Source: Takakia lepidozioides
Lineage: Eukaryota > Plantae > Bryophyta
Reading direction: 5' to 3'
Assembly (NCBI GenBank): GCA_030704615.1
Contig: CM060731.1
Location: forward strand, 29,698,001-29,762,000
Length of the DNA stretch: 64,000 bases
The position numbers were made by a program, and so were the translations under genes. Shown piece after piece: positions 33,076 to 46,500 of the stretch; the stretch's first letter is position 1; each line of letters starts with the position of its first letter. The notes under the pieces are model-generated. The model was given only the letters and a program-made list of their open reading frames with translations. It ran no database searches and was not told where the DNA came from.

Positions 33076-33639
33076 AACGAGCTAACTTACAGAATTCAAT
33101 ATGCATCTCAAGGCCGAGTCTGATGAGAGGGCAAAACAGGCTGAAGTAGGTCGAAGAAGAAGGTTCCCTCGCCACATTGTCCTTGACCTCGTGTCATGAC
33201 CCATGGAGGATTTGATTTGACCGACCATCAACCCAAAAGGACCTCTTGTGTGTGTTGTTTGTCTCTGTAGTCAGGTAATGTCGGATTGGTCTGTGAGAAC
33301 CACCACGGTGCACCTAAGCGGGCAGAGACTGAAACACGGCTTGCTAAGACTGGTCAAGCTGGCTCTCCCAAGAACCTTGTAAACATCATGCAGACTACCA
33401 AATCATGGTACTAACAGGAGCCAAGAGCCCACATTTGCAGAATGGACAAACTTCTTCACATCGTATATTAAGAAAAAGCCACACCTTGCGATTGCGGTTG
33501 TCCCACCATCGTGAAGGATCTTTAAAAAACTCATGCGAGCTCTGCTCCGTGCTCCAAGGTAGCGGTTTGTGCTCAAAAAACCCGACACAAAGAGCAATCA
33601 GTACCTGGAGGCAGTATTCGGTTGACCTACTATTCTAGA

Positions 33640-34020
33640 AGTGGGAGCTTGGTACACAATCCTGCAATCATCGCATTCCATGAGATCACATCTCTCTTAG
33701 GAATCCCATCAAACACTTGGTGAGCATCCACCACACTCCCGCACTTGCAGTACATGCTGATTCCAACATTGCCCACACGGACATCTGATTCAAATCCAAA
33801 CTTTAGAATGCACCCCTCTCGTTGCATAACGCCAAAGAGTGCAACTGCGTCTGGCCCATGCCCTTGCTAAGAAAATCCTGCCACCATTGCATACCACGAG
33901 ACTACATTTCGTTCAGGCATTTCGTGTGCATCCACTCTACTACCGCACTTGTAATATATGCTGAGAAGGGCAGTCCCAACTCGTACATTTGACTCCAACG
34001 GGTCTGCTTCGATGATCTTC
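33640..34020 (-). pseudogene. PLS-class PPR gene fragment
   Basis: GFESDVRVGNVGISMYCKCGSVVDAHQVFDGIPKRDVISWNAMIAG plus a preceding degenerate repeat with a stop codon. Confidence 0.75.
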
Positions 34021-34434
34021 CCGTGGAGCTGTATGCCCTGCTCCAGGGCTGTTGGGGTAGCACATGTCTCTGCGGACTTCCGTTACAACCGACCCACAGA
34101 AATGACGACGATGATGTGGCGTGATGACGATGACGTGGTGATGATGACGGGTCTACGATGAGGTGGCGACGATGAGGTGGCACTATGGCACCCATATCTG
34201 CTCTCTGCTAAACTAGCTCTCGACCTTCGGTCGTCGCTAGAATAAAAGTTTGACCGCAGATTCATAACTACATCCCCTACCTCGCTCATGGCATTTTCAG
34301 TATGGAACTCTGAACTTACAAGTATATCTTCTAGGATCATCAATAATTTCCGCAGAGTAGGGAAAAAAATTTGCAATTCTATTCAAATTTCTTAGATGGC
34401 ATTCGAAGTATTTCTAGATTGTTGATGTTGGGAC

Positions 34435-34700
34435 CAGTGTTGGACCGGTATCATCAACATTTCATACCAGCCAGGGTATGGTATTGTCGGTGAAGAGGCC
34501 TCCTTCATACTTGGCAGGTAATGGTATCAAGGTAGGTATTAAGCTTTTAATGTACCAGTCTGGTATCTATATTGTTTTGGCCTGGTATGGTATGGTATCA
34601 GTATTTCAAATTTCAAATCTTATATTGGGGGTATATCAATACTGGTATCAATACAGTTATTTTATTTTTTATTATTTTTTAAACTGAAAAATAAAAATCT
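34435..34700 (+). mobile_element. Left end of hAT-like non-autonomous element
   Basis: CAGTGTTGGACCGGTAT terminus with TGGTAT subterminal repeats, similar to element 41338-42307. Confidence 0.45.
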
Positions 34701-35599
34701 GTCCAAATTATACCGCTGAGGTGATCACCTCAGCGGCTGAGTGCCGTAATTCATAATATCAAGGAGCTGGATCTCACCTTAGGTAATTTGAGGTCACTTT
34801 ACAAGAGCCATACACTTTACAAGAGCCATATTACAGGCTGATAAATGAGACAATGCTCCAAGCCTAAGCAGATTTTTGAATGGCAAAATCAGAGCCCCCA
34901 AAATCGCCATTCAGATGTCTCAATCAAAGAGCCGCAACTCTCCATTGCTGTACCCTAAATCCCTAATGCTCCACACATTGATACCTAGGGTGCAAGCGAC
35001 GGCTGAAGACATAGTATGGGTATCAAGTTGCGTTCCTTACGATACCAGGTCTGGTAGGAGCCCAGGTATTAGCGTTATACTATATTGCCCCCAATATGTT
35101 CTGCCTGGAGTATTGCCAGTTGCTTATACCGGTCCAGCACTGGTTGGGACGTTCGAAGCACAAATTCAGCAACTTGAATTTGATAAGTACTCGTACAACA
35201 AAGTGTGTGTTGCGGGTGCAGGGATTGGACTGCATCCCTGAGATATATTATCTATTGATGGACTCACAGAGCTCTCATCTTGATGCTCGATGGGTGAACC
35301 ATGCCATACAAGTATTCTCACTTGGCACACTTGTCGAGCTGTAGTTTGACATTTACTCGGCAATAACTTCTCGATCAATTGCTAGTACACTGTACATAGC
35401 AGATCTAAGATCCTGGAAGGTTCTTGTTTAGTTCAGAAATAAGATACACGATCTGTTCACTTGAGGACATGTTCATATACTTGCGCTCACCTAGTCAAGA
35501 GCGAGCTCTCAATTCCTCATATCCATGTGAACTAGCTCAACTGACTTTCAAGAGATTAGAGGAACATTACGCAACTCAGATTTGAGAATCTCCTGGCAG

Positions 35600-37466
35600 G
35601 GCCAATGTATCACAAGGGATACTATCACCTCTTCTATCAGTACAGCCCAAATGCAGCAGTGGCCGGTCCTATAGAGTGGGGTCATGCAGTCTCAGGAGAC
35701 CTTGAGCATTCATTGGCGCTACTTGGAATGAGCTTGGAAGCAGCCCTTTATCGAGACAAATGGTATGATGTCAATGGAGTGTGGTCTGGGTCGGCTACTT
35801 TTGTGGAAGATGGCTCTCCTGTGTTGCTGTACATTGGCAACTCGAATGCATCTATCCAACACAGAACTTGGCCAATCCTGCCGATAAATCCGACCCCTTG
35901 CTCAGAAAATGGATTAAGGTTAGTCTGTCTACTCTTCTTCCATACTCTCTTTTACACTGCCTGTCCGCCGCATCCAATCTTATTCTGTGAAGTCGTAGGA
36001 CCACTGAAAATACAATGTAAAGGAGTCTACACGTCTACCGTAACTTCAGTACTTCATCTGGAGATTCAACGTCTAAGATCCTTGGACCCATGAATTCACG
36101 AGTGGTCCATTCCACAACAGCCACCTGTGTCCCACCCTTGTCCTGGTACAGCAAGCATGATCACTAGAGTGGCTCTTGAAATTTGACGTGTATAGTGCTC
36201 AACAATTATCGGAATTTCGGTCCATAGAGGGGCAACTTTGAAGCCGGTCCAACTCTAGATCATTGTCCCGGAAGTTAATCTAAGTTAGAATTCTGCCAGA
36301 CTCAATAATTTCATCCTGAAGATCCTCTTCTTCAACTGATCCTGTTGAGCAAGTGTTCACCCTATGGGTCGTTCAAGGATCCGCGCAATCCCATTGCAGT
36401 CGCTCCGCCGGGATACAACAGCACTAAATCCCACAACCGCGTGGAAAGGCCCTGATGGGGTATGGAGAATGCTGGTGGGTGGGTGCCAACACAGGTGCTG
36501 GAGGGACAATTGGAACTGCTCTGTTGTTCAAAAGCAAAGATTTTCAAACCTGGAAATACGATCGACAATTGCACTCTCACGCAGGCACTGGAATGTGGGA
36601 ATGCCCAGATTTTTACCCTGTGCAACTTTCGGGTGAGCTGGGCCTGGACCCCTCAGTCCATGGACCCTCAGTGAAACACGTGCTCAAAATCAGCTCAGAT
36701 GATAAAAAGCACGACTACTATTCTGTGGGGAAATACCGCACAGAATCCGACACTTACGAGCCCGAGACCGGGCGGTTGGAAGATACTCTTTTGCAGTGAT
36801 CAAAGCAGGTTACAATCGCCAATCGTCTTTCTACTCAAGTGACAAGAGGACTTAGAAAGCTCTTTGATTTCGTTTTACCGACTTCAATCTTGTTTCTATA
36901 AAATCTTTGAATGTCGTGGATAGTTAAGCTGTTCCTTTGGCGCGCAGGTGGTCTGTGGGGTCGGCTCTCGACAAAACCACTTAACTGCAGCTAATGTCCG
37001 TGTGTATCCAAACAAATTTCTGTCTGTCCGTGTCCTGGTATGCGATCCTCCTTCTATACAAGCGATAATTTCAAAATTATAACCACTCCCACATCGAAGC
37101 CTCGGTGTGCTTGCATCCATAAAGAAGATTAGTATCTTGAAAGTCTTGCACCAGATATGTTTGGGGCCAGGTGTCTTCACCGAACCCACTTTCCCTATTG
37201 AAGTAAAAGATCTAGGGTCTAGTTTATTGGTCATCGAGATTCTGCTAAATCATCACCAATCCTGATGGTGTGTGCAGGTGGATCATGTAGTTGTGGAAAG
37301 CTTTGCCCAAGGAGGCAGAACTGTTATTGCGTCAAGGGTCTACCCTGAGCTTGCATTTGGAAAATCAGCACATGTGTACCTTTTCACTAATGGCACTAAA
37401 GATGTCACAGCTCACAGTGTTGAAGTGTGGAATATGAGGACAGTTAAATTCTCAGAATTGATTTAG
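35600..37466 (+). pseudogene. GH32 beta-fructofuranosidase / acid invertase, frameshifted and internally deleted
   Basis: GPMYHKGYYHLFYQY, WGHAVS, WSGSAT, altered RDPTTAW, MWECPDFYPV, VESFAQGGRTVIASRVYP. There are frameshifts, and the region between the WECPDF exon and the last exon appears to be missing. Confidence 0.8.
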
Positions 37467-38663
37467 ACCTTTGTATATTGGAACTAGTATCATGAAGGTC
37501 CAAAATATGCCATACAACATTTGTTTAGTCTGCCAGTCACTAAGGGCTTAGTTTCTAGGCCGCAGGGTCAATGGATGCCAAACAGAATCTCTTCAACTAC
37601 CTTTTCAGCCTGTTCTCAGACTGCAGACTATTGCCCAGGCCTACAGGTACTTGATTCAGTGTCTGGAATGGCCAGCAGCTTGAGCTTTACATAGCTCCCA
37701 TGTTTGCTTCCTGCAAACACACATGTCAAAGATTATTCAATATCGGAGCTTAAGCTAGGGAAGTACATTTTTTACGTTGTAATATATATAAGACTGATTA
37801 TATACGTGTACAGAAATTGAGAATCACAGGATACTCTGAAAAGCCAACAAATAATCAGGGATAGAGCCACCAACAGTGTTGTCTTCGATTGGCAATGGGG
37901 GAAGAGAAAGTGTCAGGGGTGCAGCTTGAGGATGCAGGCCGTGTATGCTTGAGTTGTAATCCAACCAGCATTTTGAACTGCAATGGGCAGATCAATAGAG
38001 TGTGACCACACTTTTCTGTTGATCCAAATCAAACCCACAAATAGGATACGCGAACCCAAGAGGATGCTCAAACCCTGTTCACTTCGTAGGGCACTACATA
38101 AACACGACTTTGTCCCTTGGCCCCTGCACTGTTCCTTCCTTTGTGACATGCTTCAGGCTGTGAACACTTTCCTTCGTTTCTGATCCACCTTCCATCATTC
38201 CACAAGTTCAAACTAAACCAGTGCGAGAAAAGAGAAGTATCCCTGGCAACGTTAGCTTAGGGAGACTTTACATTAGGGTTCTCGGTTGACAACCCCATTC
38301 GACCAAATTATGTAGTATTTCGCTTTGGCCTGTCAAGAATACTGCATGCACTACAGTCCCAATCAATGTGTAAAGTTCCCAGACACCAAGTAAGAACCCA
38401 AGTTTGAAGAGTTGTGATGCGCGCTACAGGAGGAGCTTGCCTCAGGCAGGGCGAGTGGAGGTAAATTGTCATGCATCTTAGACATAACTCAGACATAACT
38501 TACAAGGCTTATAGTAAGGATCATGATGCCCATGTTTTCTCCTCCTTGCACCTCCCTTCCTCAAGGTTCCATTTGGAATGGTGCTCACACAGAGGCCTAG
38601 GCAGCAAAGGTGGCCATCACCTCGACCCCTGCAACATACTCGATAGAGAACACACTTGCTTCG

Positions 38664-40631
38664 TCAACGGCCTCGCCATCGACCTGGTCTGCCTAGTTTT
38701 TTTGTTATCCCTGTGTTGAATAGCGCCACTCTATTGGAGAGTTTTGATTTGGGAGGATCTCCTTCTGCCTGCTCCTCCTTCTTTTTCTGCAGGTGAGTAA
38801 CGACGAACTCAAGCGCCAAGGTCGGGTCATCTTTGTTTTCAAATAAGAACTCTGTCACTTCAGCGGGCGTGACGAGCCTTCCCTCAGATTCCAAACAGCG
38901 CTCCACCGCATCAAACAACGGGTGGGTTTCGGTCGACAAATAGGTACGAGCCAGGGCTCTGAATGTCGCAAAGTTGCAGTAGGACATCTGGATGTGCATG
39001 TCCATTCGCCCTGGGCGCAGCAGCGCTGGGTCCAGCTTTTCGACATGGTTGGTGGTAAAGATGATGATACGCTCGTCCCCTGAGCTCGACCATAGCCCAT
39101 CCGTGAAGTTCAAAAGCCCCGAGAGCGTCACTCGCGGAGTCTCACTGTTTGAGCCATCAACTGGAGTTGGGCGTACAGCAGCAGGCGTGCGCTGGCTGCA
39201 GATATCGAGAGAACAGTCAATGTCTTCTATGACAATTATCGATTGGGATGAAGTATTCACCAGCAGCTGCTTCAACTCATTATTATCAGACACCTGATCC
39301 AACCGGCTTCTTGACAGGTCAGATACTGAATCAATGGAATGCAATTTCTGAGAAACCGCCTAAAGTGCATACGATGTAAATAGACATTGAAATACAGGTG
39401 CACATGGCTGCATAAGTAGTGTACACATGTGACATGCTTGGAGATTGTGCACGAGAGTCTAAACAAAGTGAATGCATAAGGCTGAAAAGATGCACAGACC
39501 TTCGTTAGCTCAAGGTCATAAATGTCGTATTTGAGGTAGTTGGCAATGGCGGCTATCAAGCTGGACTTGCCAGTACCAGGTGGCCCATACAGCAAATAGC
39601 CTCGCTTCCATGCGCGACCGACCTTTCGAAAGAAGCTTTTCCCCTGTGTGAATGCTTGCAAGTCAGCCAAGAGGCGTGCCTTGAGGGTGGGATCCATAGC
39701 CATAGTTTCGAGAGTCGAGGGATGCTGGAAGTTATGCTTGGACCACCAGCAGGATTGCATGTTGTTGTAAATATGCAGATCCCGGACCTGGCGCCGGTAC
39801 GCTGCTGCACTCTCTGTAACATAGTCCAGGTAGGGTCCCATTACCCAGTCCTTGTCGTTCTTGCGCATCTTGAGTAGGAATTCGGCCTCCTTCACAACAA
39901 CATCATCGTCAACATCATCTTTGGATTTCTTGCATGATTTGTGCGACCACCACACGGTCACGCCCTTGTATGTGTCAGCCACAATTTCGCCATCTGTCAG
40001 CCAGAGTGTCAGTTGACAACAGATCATTAAGATTATAGGCGAAAATATCAACTGGTGAACTCAAATGTGAAAGGCTAAGCCTTGAGATGAGTGAATGTTC
40101 ACTGGAGGATTTCAATGACTGCTTCCATCTCCCACGGAGCAACAACAATCGATGGTTTAGACTTATGTAAAATGCTACAAAATTTCACAAACTATTACTT
40201 CCATTCACATTGCGTTGGGTACCGGTCCGGTGGATTTGGTTATATGGTGGAAATCAAGTATGCCTCGGATTGCAGGTCCGCGCAAACTCTGATGGGAACA
40301 AGCAGACCTCAACACAGATGTATACAGTTATAGATACATACCTGCCAGATCGACAGTGACTTTGGTTTCTCTCTCGTCCCTGGAAAGCACCAGCTCGTCA
40401 GCTTGAATGCACAGATTGACGGCCTGGAAATACTGATGCACAGTGCGGTACAGGTGATTTACCCCTTCAGAGCTGTTCGATTCCGGGATGTGGAATGAAG
40501 CGGAGGAGGCAGCTTTGAAAATTATCTGCCACAATCTTTGCCGCGCGGCATCGAGCATTTCAGTCAGTTCAGCTGGAAGAAAGCTTCGGACGAGTGTGAC
40601 AAATCCCAGCAAAGACCAAATATATGACACA

Positions 40632-40636
<5 letters not shown>
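38664..40636 (-). CDS. Plant BCS1-like AAA-ATPase (3 exons: 40636-40342, 39993-39500, 39293-38664)
   Basis: HPSTLETMAMD, WKRGYLLYGPPGTGKSS (Walker A), IIVIEDIDC (Walker B), LLRPGRMDMHI. GT-AG introns. A (GA)n tract lies directly upstream of the ATG. Confidence 0.9.
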
Positions 40637-40672
<36 letters not shown>

Positions 40673-41121
40673 CCTAGGCAATGAATTTTCTCTCCGACCT
40701 CTCCCCTCCAGTTCTCTAGACGCAACGAAACCGACTCGGATAGTCGTTGATGTCAGAACAGTCTACTCAATAATCTCTAACGAAAGATCTTGTCGGCAAA
40801 TTAGATCTAGATACCACTAGTTAGCAAAATCTGAAGTCTCAGGACTGCTGCTGTGGACTTATAGAGCGCGGTGGACACGGTCCCCAGTCGCCTCGTGAAT
40901 GAGACCCCACACAGCAGCTACCTCGAGGGCGGCGCGATGACTTCGCCCGCACTCCACTTTTTCATCCACTAAATTGGGTGGCGGAACGACCAGTGCATAG
41001 TAACGGAAGCCGTATTTCATTCACCGAATAATCAGACGAACTAAATCACTATCCAGCAAAATTAAATGGCACAGATCGCGGGAGTGCCCCTCTAACGAGC
41101 AGCTACCAGCTACCCCCGCTG

Positions 41122-41193
41122 AGGCCCCACCGAGATTCGAACTCGGGCTCTTGGATTCAAAGTCCAATGTCGTAACCACTAGACTATGAGGCC
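41122..41193 (-). tRNA. tRNA-Gln (anticodon TTG)
   Basis: GGCCTCATAGTCTAGTGGTTACGACATTGGACTTTGAATCCAAGAGCCCGAGTTCGAATCTCGGTGGGGCCT: 7-bp acceptor stem, A and B boxes, CTTTGAA loop. Confidence 0.92.
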
Positions 41194-41337
41194 ACCCTGA
41201 CAAAACATTTCTAGAAATGAGCTTAAAATTTAATACAAATGGACTGCATCCAACCCTACATTTGTAGGATTTCAGTATGTATTGCGTTAGCCTCTCAATG
41301 CACAAGCCCTTTTAGGCAAGACTTTTTCCATATATAC

Positions 41338-42307
41338 CAGTGCTCGTCTGGTATCAGGTTTACGACAAACCACGCTCGTATGAGTACCAAATTAAGTTTG
41401 GTAGTTTATTTTGTTTGTAGCGAGGTAGAGATCTCCCAAACCGCAAGGCCTCCGCCCGGGGTCTTGATACAGCTGAAAAGCCCTCTATGAGTGGAGTGCA
41501 TCAATGCGGTTTCATAATTTTTGGATCTGCGGTGTGGGAGGTCTTTTTTGTCTATAGAAATTCATGAAGAATAGTAAATTGCGTTTTTCTATTAGCCCTT
41601 CATTTGTCTTTCCCTACAAGTGGTCATTGGTCATAAATGTATGTGCTCAACGGCAGAGGCCACACTAGTGAGTACCGGAGGTCTCACAAAATGCTCCTAC
41701 CAATTTGGTATATATAATGACAGATGTGTTTTATCATTCTAGACACTAGTATGAGTACTGAATATCACTTATCACAATACCGGCTGGTCTCAGGTACCAG
41801 TACTGGTATCGTTCAAGTGTATTTTTTAGTTCAACCCTGTGGCCTGCTGTTGAGCACATAAATTTATGACCATGTGTACCAAAAGACAACTGACGGGCCA
41901 ATACTCCAAAAAAACCAAATTTAGTATTTTTCATAAATTTTCAGTGAGAAAATACTTGAAATTCAATATCTCCCACACCGGTAGGTCCCAAAATTACATG
42001 CCTACTCATCGAGGGCTATCCAATGGTATCAATACCTGGGCGAAGTTTGGGAGATCTCAATGTACATATAGACAAACAAAACAAAACAAACTACCAAGCT
42101 TAATATATATATTATTTTTATCAAGTATCTAGCAAAACAAAACCTTGGTAAAGTCATAAAGTCCAGTGTGTATAATATACATATAATTATATAAAAACTC
42201 TGGTATATAAAAGTCTCTAGTCTATACCAGCCTGGTCTGATCTTTACGTACCAGTGCATATACCAGAATTTATACCAATCTTTTGCCTATATACCAGACC
42301 AACACTG
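41338..42307. mobile_element. hAT-like non-autonomous element
   Basis: TIR CAGTGCTCGTCTGGTAT / ATACCAGACCAACACTG with 8-bp TSD ATATATAC on both sides. Confidence 0.85.
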
Positions 42308-43537
42308 ATATATACCACATATATATGTATGTATATTAGCCAGACTTTTGTATATATATGTGTACATACCACATATGTATAGTACAGAGATGTCATAGAT
42401 ATGGTATATTTTCAGAAAAATCGATTTCCATAGAAACGTATACACTACCTTGCCAAACACTTATTCAGAGAAATCCAACATAGAAATGAGAGATTACAAC
42501 ATTTGAGTGGAGGACACATGGTTTTTGTTCCCAGCCGGGCAGTTTTCTGGGGGTGAAAGTCTGGTTTTCTTACCAGATTTCCTAAGCAAAAAGGTTTTGG
42601 TCGGGGGTCAATTTCTTCACCAGATAACCCAGCTCCCCATAGTCCAGAATATTAGGAATTGTTTTTTCATGTAGCTCTTATTATGTAGTGTCATTTAGGG
42701 GTTAGAAAGATGGGCAGCGTAAAATTTCACTTTCTGCTATAGGGTCAATCCATGAAATCTAGCAATTTACAGTGATGATGATGCGAGCAAGACTTAACTG
42801 TTTTAGATGAGTTGAGGGGTCAGATCTCCTCTGATGCCCAAGAGTAAGTTCCCTCTCTAACAGAGGGTGCTTTTAGAGGGGGGGCTCAGCCTATCCAAAC
42901 ATTTTGGACCAACTCCCCCAGACCAAAATTATGTTGATAGTTTCATCATTACAAGGGCGATTTTTCACCAGAAAAAAAAACACTGGGAACCACCTCTGAA
43001 TGTTTCATCAGTTGAAGTGAGCATGTGCATGCGGATCCTCTACAAATTTTTCCGAATGGATCAATCAATCTGCTGGTTAGTTGGTCATCTGGTTGAGTGA
43101 ATGGAATTTGTGGGGGAAAACACTGCTTGGAAAGGTTGCATATCTCTGCTCCAGTTTCTCCAACAAGCTCATGGTGCCATTCTGTCAGAGCATCAGGCAG
43201 CCATTGCTACCCACCTACTACAACTTCCATTTCCTAAACCTCATGAAGCCTTGTCTCTCACTTACTCAAAGTTTAGATGAACAGCAACTCTTCACATGCA
43301 TTTATCCTTCTATACACCAATTACTTGTTGGTTCATCCTCCGAGTCATTCCAATGTGATTCATGAAATTCATTGCCAATGCTGACTATGTTTGCAAAGCT
43401 CCATCAGGACATCAGAGGACTAGCATATCCAGAGCTCTACATGAGAGGAGAGAAGTGTTGGAAATATACCATGTTTTTTTCCAGTGGAGGTCCTGAACTT
43501 GCTCTATTTCTGATCCTTCGTCTCTCTAATCCCTCTC

Positions 43538-46500
43538 TCAGCCTGCCCAACTCAATGTTTGAGGTTCCACCGCAGGAATATGACCATGAAACTTACGGCC
43601 TACGATAGCAGCCTCAAACTCAGCCATTTTGGGTCGTTTATTGCTTTCATGGGCGCTTCGAATGCCATCACCGGTGATGGTATACAATGCTGTGGCTTGC
43701 TGCAATGATGATGATTTCACCAAATGAGCATAGCGCTGACCGTCCACCCAGCACATCATCACGCGGTTGGTGCATGCATGTGACCAGGTTTCACCTACGC
43801 AAATCCCCAAGGTCAGTAATTGTTCCCTATCTAGAAAGCTGGACCACAGTGGGGCCTTTTTCTCATAACAGCGGGACCAGCAGTGCAACCTCACCATGTG
43901 TATCAAAATCTCTGTAACACCATGGAAAACAACATTATGCAGGTATCAATCGAAACAAAGAGGAAATTTTTTTATTTCCTAAAGCGTAAATCCTTCCTTG
44001 CCTCAAGCTTATAACAACATTGTTGCTTGTACAGACCTAAGGCTGGGACCGTCTTGGCGCCTTCACTTGTAACTCTGTACGTGATTTGGTTTGTAACGAC
44101 AATCTGCATTGCAATCCTAAACGTTAGCCCTGGACGAGGGGGAAGCTTTAGCACATAATCAATAGACTGCTGAATGGATAGCCACGCATAGACAAAAGCA
44201 GATAATTGTTCAACTCCCTTCACATCCCCCTAACCAAGAGATGCACCCAACAACTTTTAGGTTCTCTAACTCCCTCTCAGGGTTTAGACAACAAGACGGC
44301 GCAGGATGGGCATCATAAGGCCCAGGTTGAATTCTTCAGCAATCACCCTGAGCTTCTGGCCCATATCGGCCATCAGTCGGGTTCTTCCAGCCAGGTCATC
44401 AAAGTCTTGGCGAAAATGGAATGTCACGCTGTCAAACACTATCAACTTAACCTGTCACGTTCACCAAACATGTTTCTTAGGTAGCTACCCTGCCCAACTT
44501 GTAGGCTAGCACAACGTTCTGATTAAATACATGATATGCGCACCTCCTCTCTCATGTGGGAACCTCATCATATGATTGCTCAGATCAAATGCACTCCAAC
44601 AACCAGGATTTTATGCGGGGTAACGCGGTGGCTCACGATAACTCGTCGAATCACATGGCACTGCAAATCTGGTCTTGATTGTGCATACTTCAGAAGTATG
44701 TTAGAATCACAAACTACATTTACAACTATCTCCACAGTAACAGTCCTTGAAGCCCATGCTCTAAAACAGGTCGAATGCCAATAAACCATGATCTTGCTGA
44801 GCATATCGAGCAATCATTGCAGTGCATGAGATCACATCATTCTTTGGCATTTTGTCAAAGACTTGACGAGCACCCACCACAATCCCACACCAGCAATATA
44901 TACCGACAAGGGCAGTCCAGTCCACTTACTGAAGCATGGCAACTCATTATACAACTGGTCGCATTCCATGTATAATGACAAAGGCCCTTCAATCAAGGTG
45001 GTGGGTCTTAGCGCTGGCAATGTTTCATTCAAAATTTTGGCCTATCAACTTTCGATGGTAGGATAGAGGCCTACCATGGTGTAACAGGTGATGGAGAATT
45101 AGTGTTTGATTCCAGGTAGGGAGAACCACATCCAAGGAAGGCAACAGGTGTGCAAATTGCCCAATCCCGACAAGGGGTGGTATTGACAATAAATAACAAT
45201 ACTGGGATTTTTCAAGTCTGGTAATTGGAATGGGTACAATCTAAATCCCTTAACAAGGCAGGAGAGAGATTCTCATTATATTCACCTGATTATATACCCC
45301 TTTGAGACTGGGGTCTCACATCTCATCCTAGTGCAGTGCTCAATTGAGGATGAGATAAGCATCTCCCTCAGTCACTATCAAGCTGATTGATCAGTTTCAT
45401 ATGTGAACGTAGTCTGGGATCTGGTGCCTTCTTGACTCTTTTCTAGATACAATTATTTTACGGAATCCTCAAAGCTACGTGCCTTACACAAGGATACTTT
45501 CTTTCTGTATCATACCTGAGTGTGTTCCTTGAGAAATATTGGCAATGTGTTGATCACAGCCAATTGCTCTGATGGATCGTGCACACGAAAGAGGTGTATG
45601 TGTGACAGAAAATCGTCAACGCTTAGTTGGAGATCCATCCCAAGCTCAGTGGATGTTACAAGCAGGAGCTGAGCAATACAGGCCTCGGCCATCTGTGAGG
45701 CTCGCTCCACCATGAAGCTTCCCTCGGTGTCTGCAGCTCAGACATTGCAGCACTCAACCCTGTGTCCTGAGCTATTCTTCTTGAGATGAGGGAGAAGAAA
45801 GAAACTTTATAACATCCAGAGGGCAACGATTGGCCATGGGACAAGACATCCCAGGAAGCCCACCAAGCTCAAGGGACAGGAACACATGTCAACCAAGAAA
45901 GCACTGCTGAAAAGGACCTACATCCCTGCTTGAAACCAGCTACTGGTCTTGAAAGAGGGATTGCAATTGCGCGTTGTGTGGGCAACCTGAAGACAATATT
46001 CACTTTCTGATTCATTGTCCTGGGTACTCTCACGAGAGAGAGACCCTCTTCAAATCCATCAAGGGAATTGTGCCTGTACCTCTGTTTACCAACTTTGAAA
46101 GTCACGAGGCTGAGCCAAAAGCCCAGGCCAGGCTGACACCGATAGTATGACTTACCTTGGAACAGACAATTGATCTGAGTTTTCCAGATAATCCCTTTAC
46201 ACAAGCATCAATCTGCTGTGTGTGGTTTGCCCAATAACTAGGCCCCAAAAGGGCCTAGGCTTTTGGCTCAGCCTCGAGACTTTCAAAATTGGTAAACAGA
46301 GGTACAGGCACAATTCCCTTGATGGATTTGAAGAGGGTCTCTCTCCGGTGAGAGTAGACAGGACAATGAATTATAAAGTGAATATTGTCTTCAGGTTACC
46401 CACACAACGGGCAATTGCAATCCCCCTTTCCCCTCTGCTTCTGTTTGCTGTTCAAAGGTAGGCTTCCCGCCCTGAGTTTAAATATCAGTCTAGTGCCGAG

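Noticed and set aside
34435-42307. One large hAT pack element capturing invertase, AAA-ATPase and tRNA
   Set aside because: The flanks do not match (GTTGGGAC vs ATATATAC). The 42307 end pairs with 41338 through a perfect TSD.
44510-44900. Possible LINE-derived coding relic in RAD51C intron
   Set aside because: No motif I could recognise with confidence.
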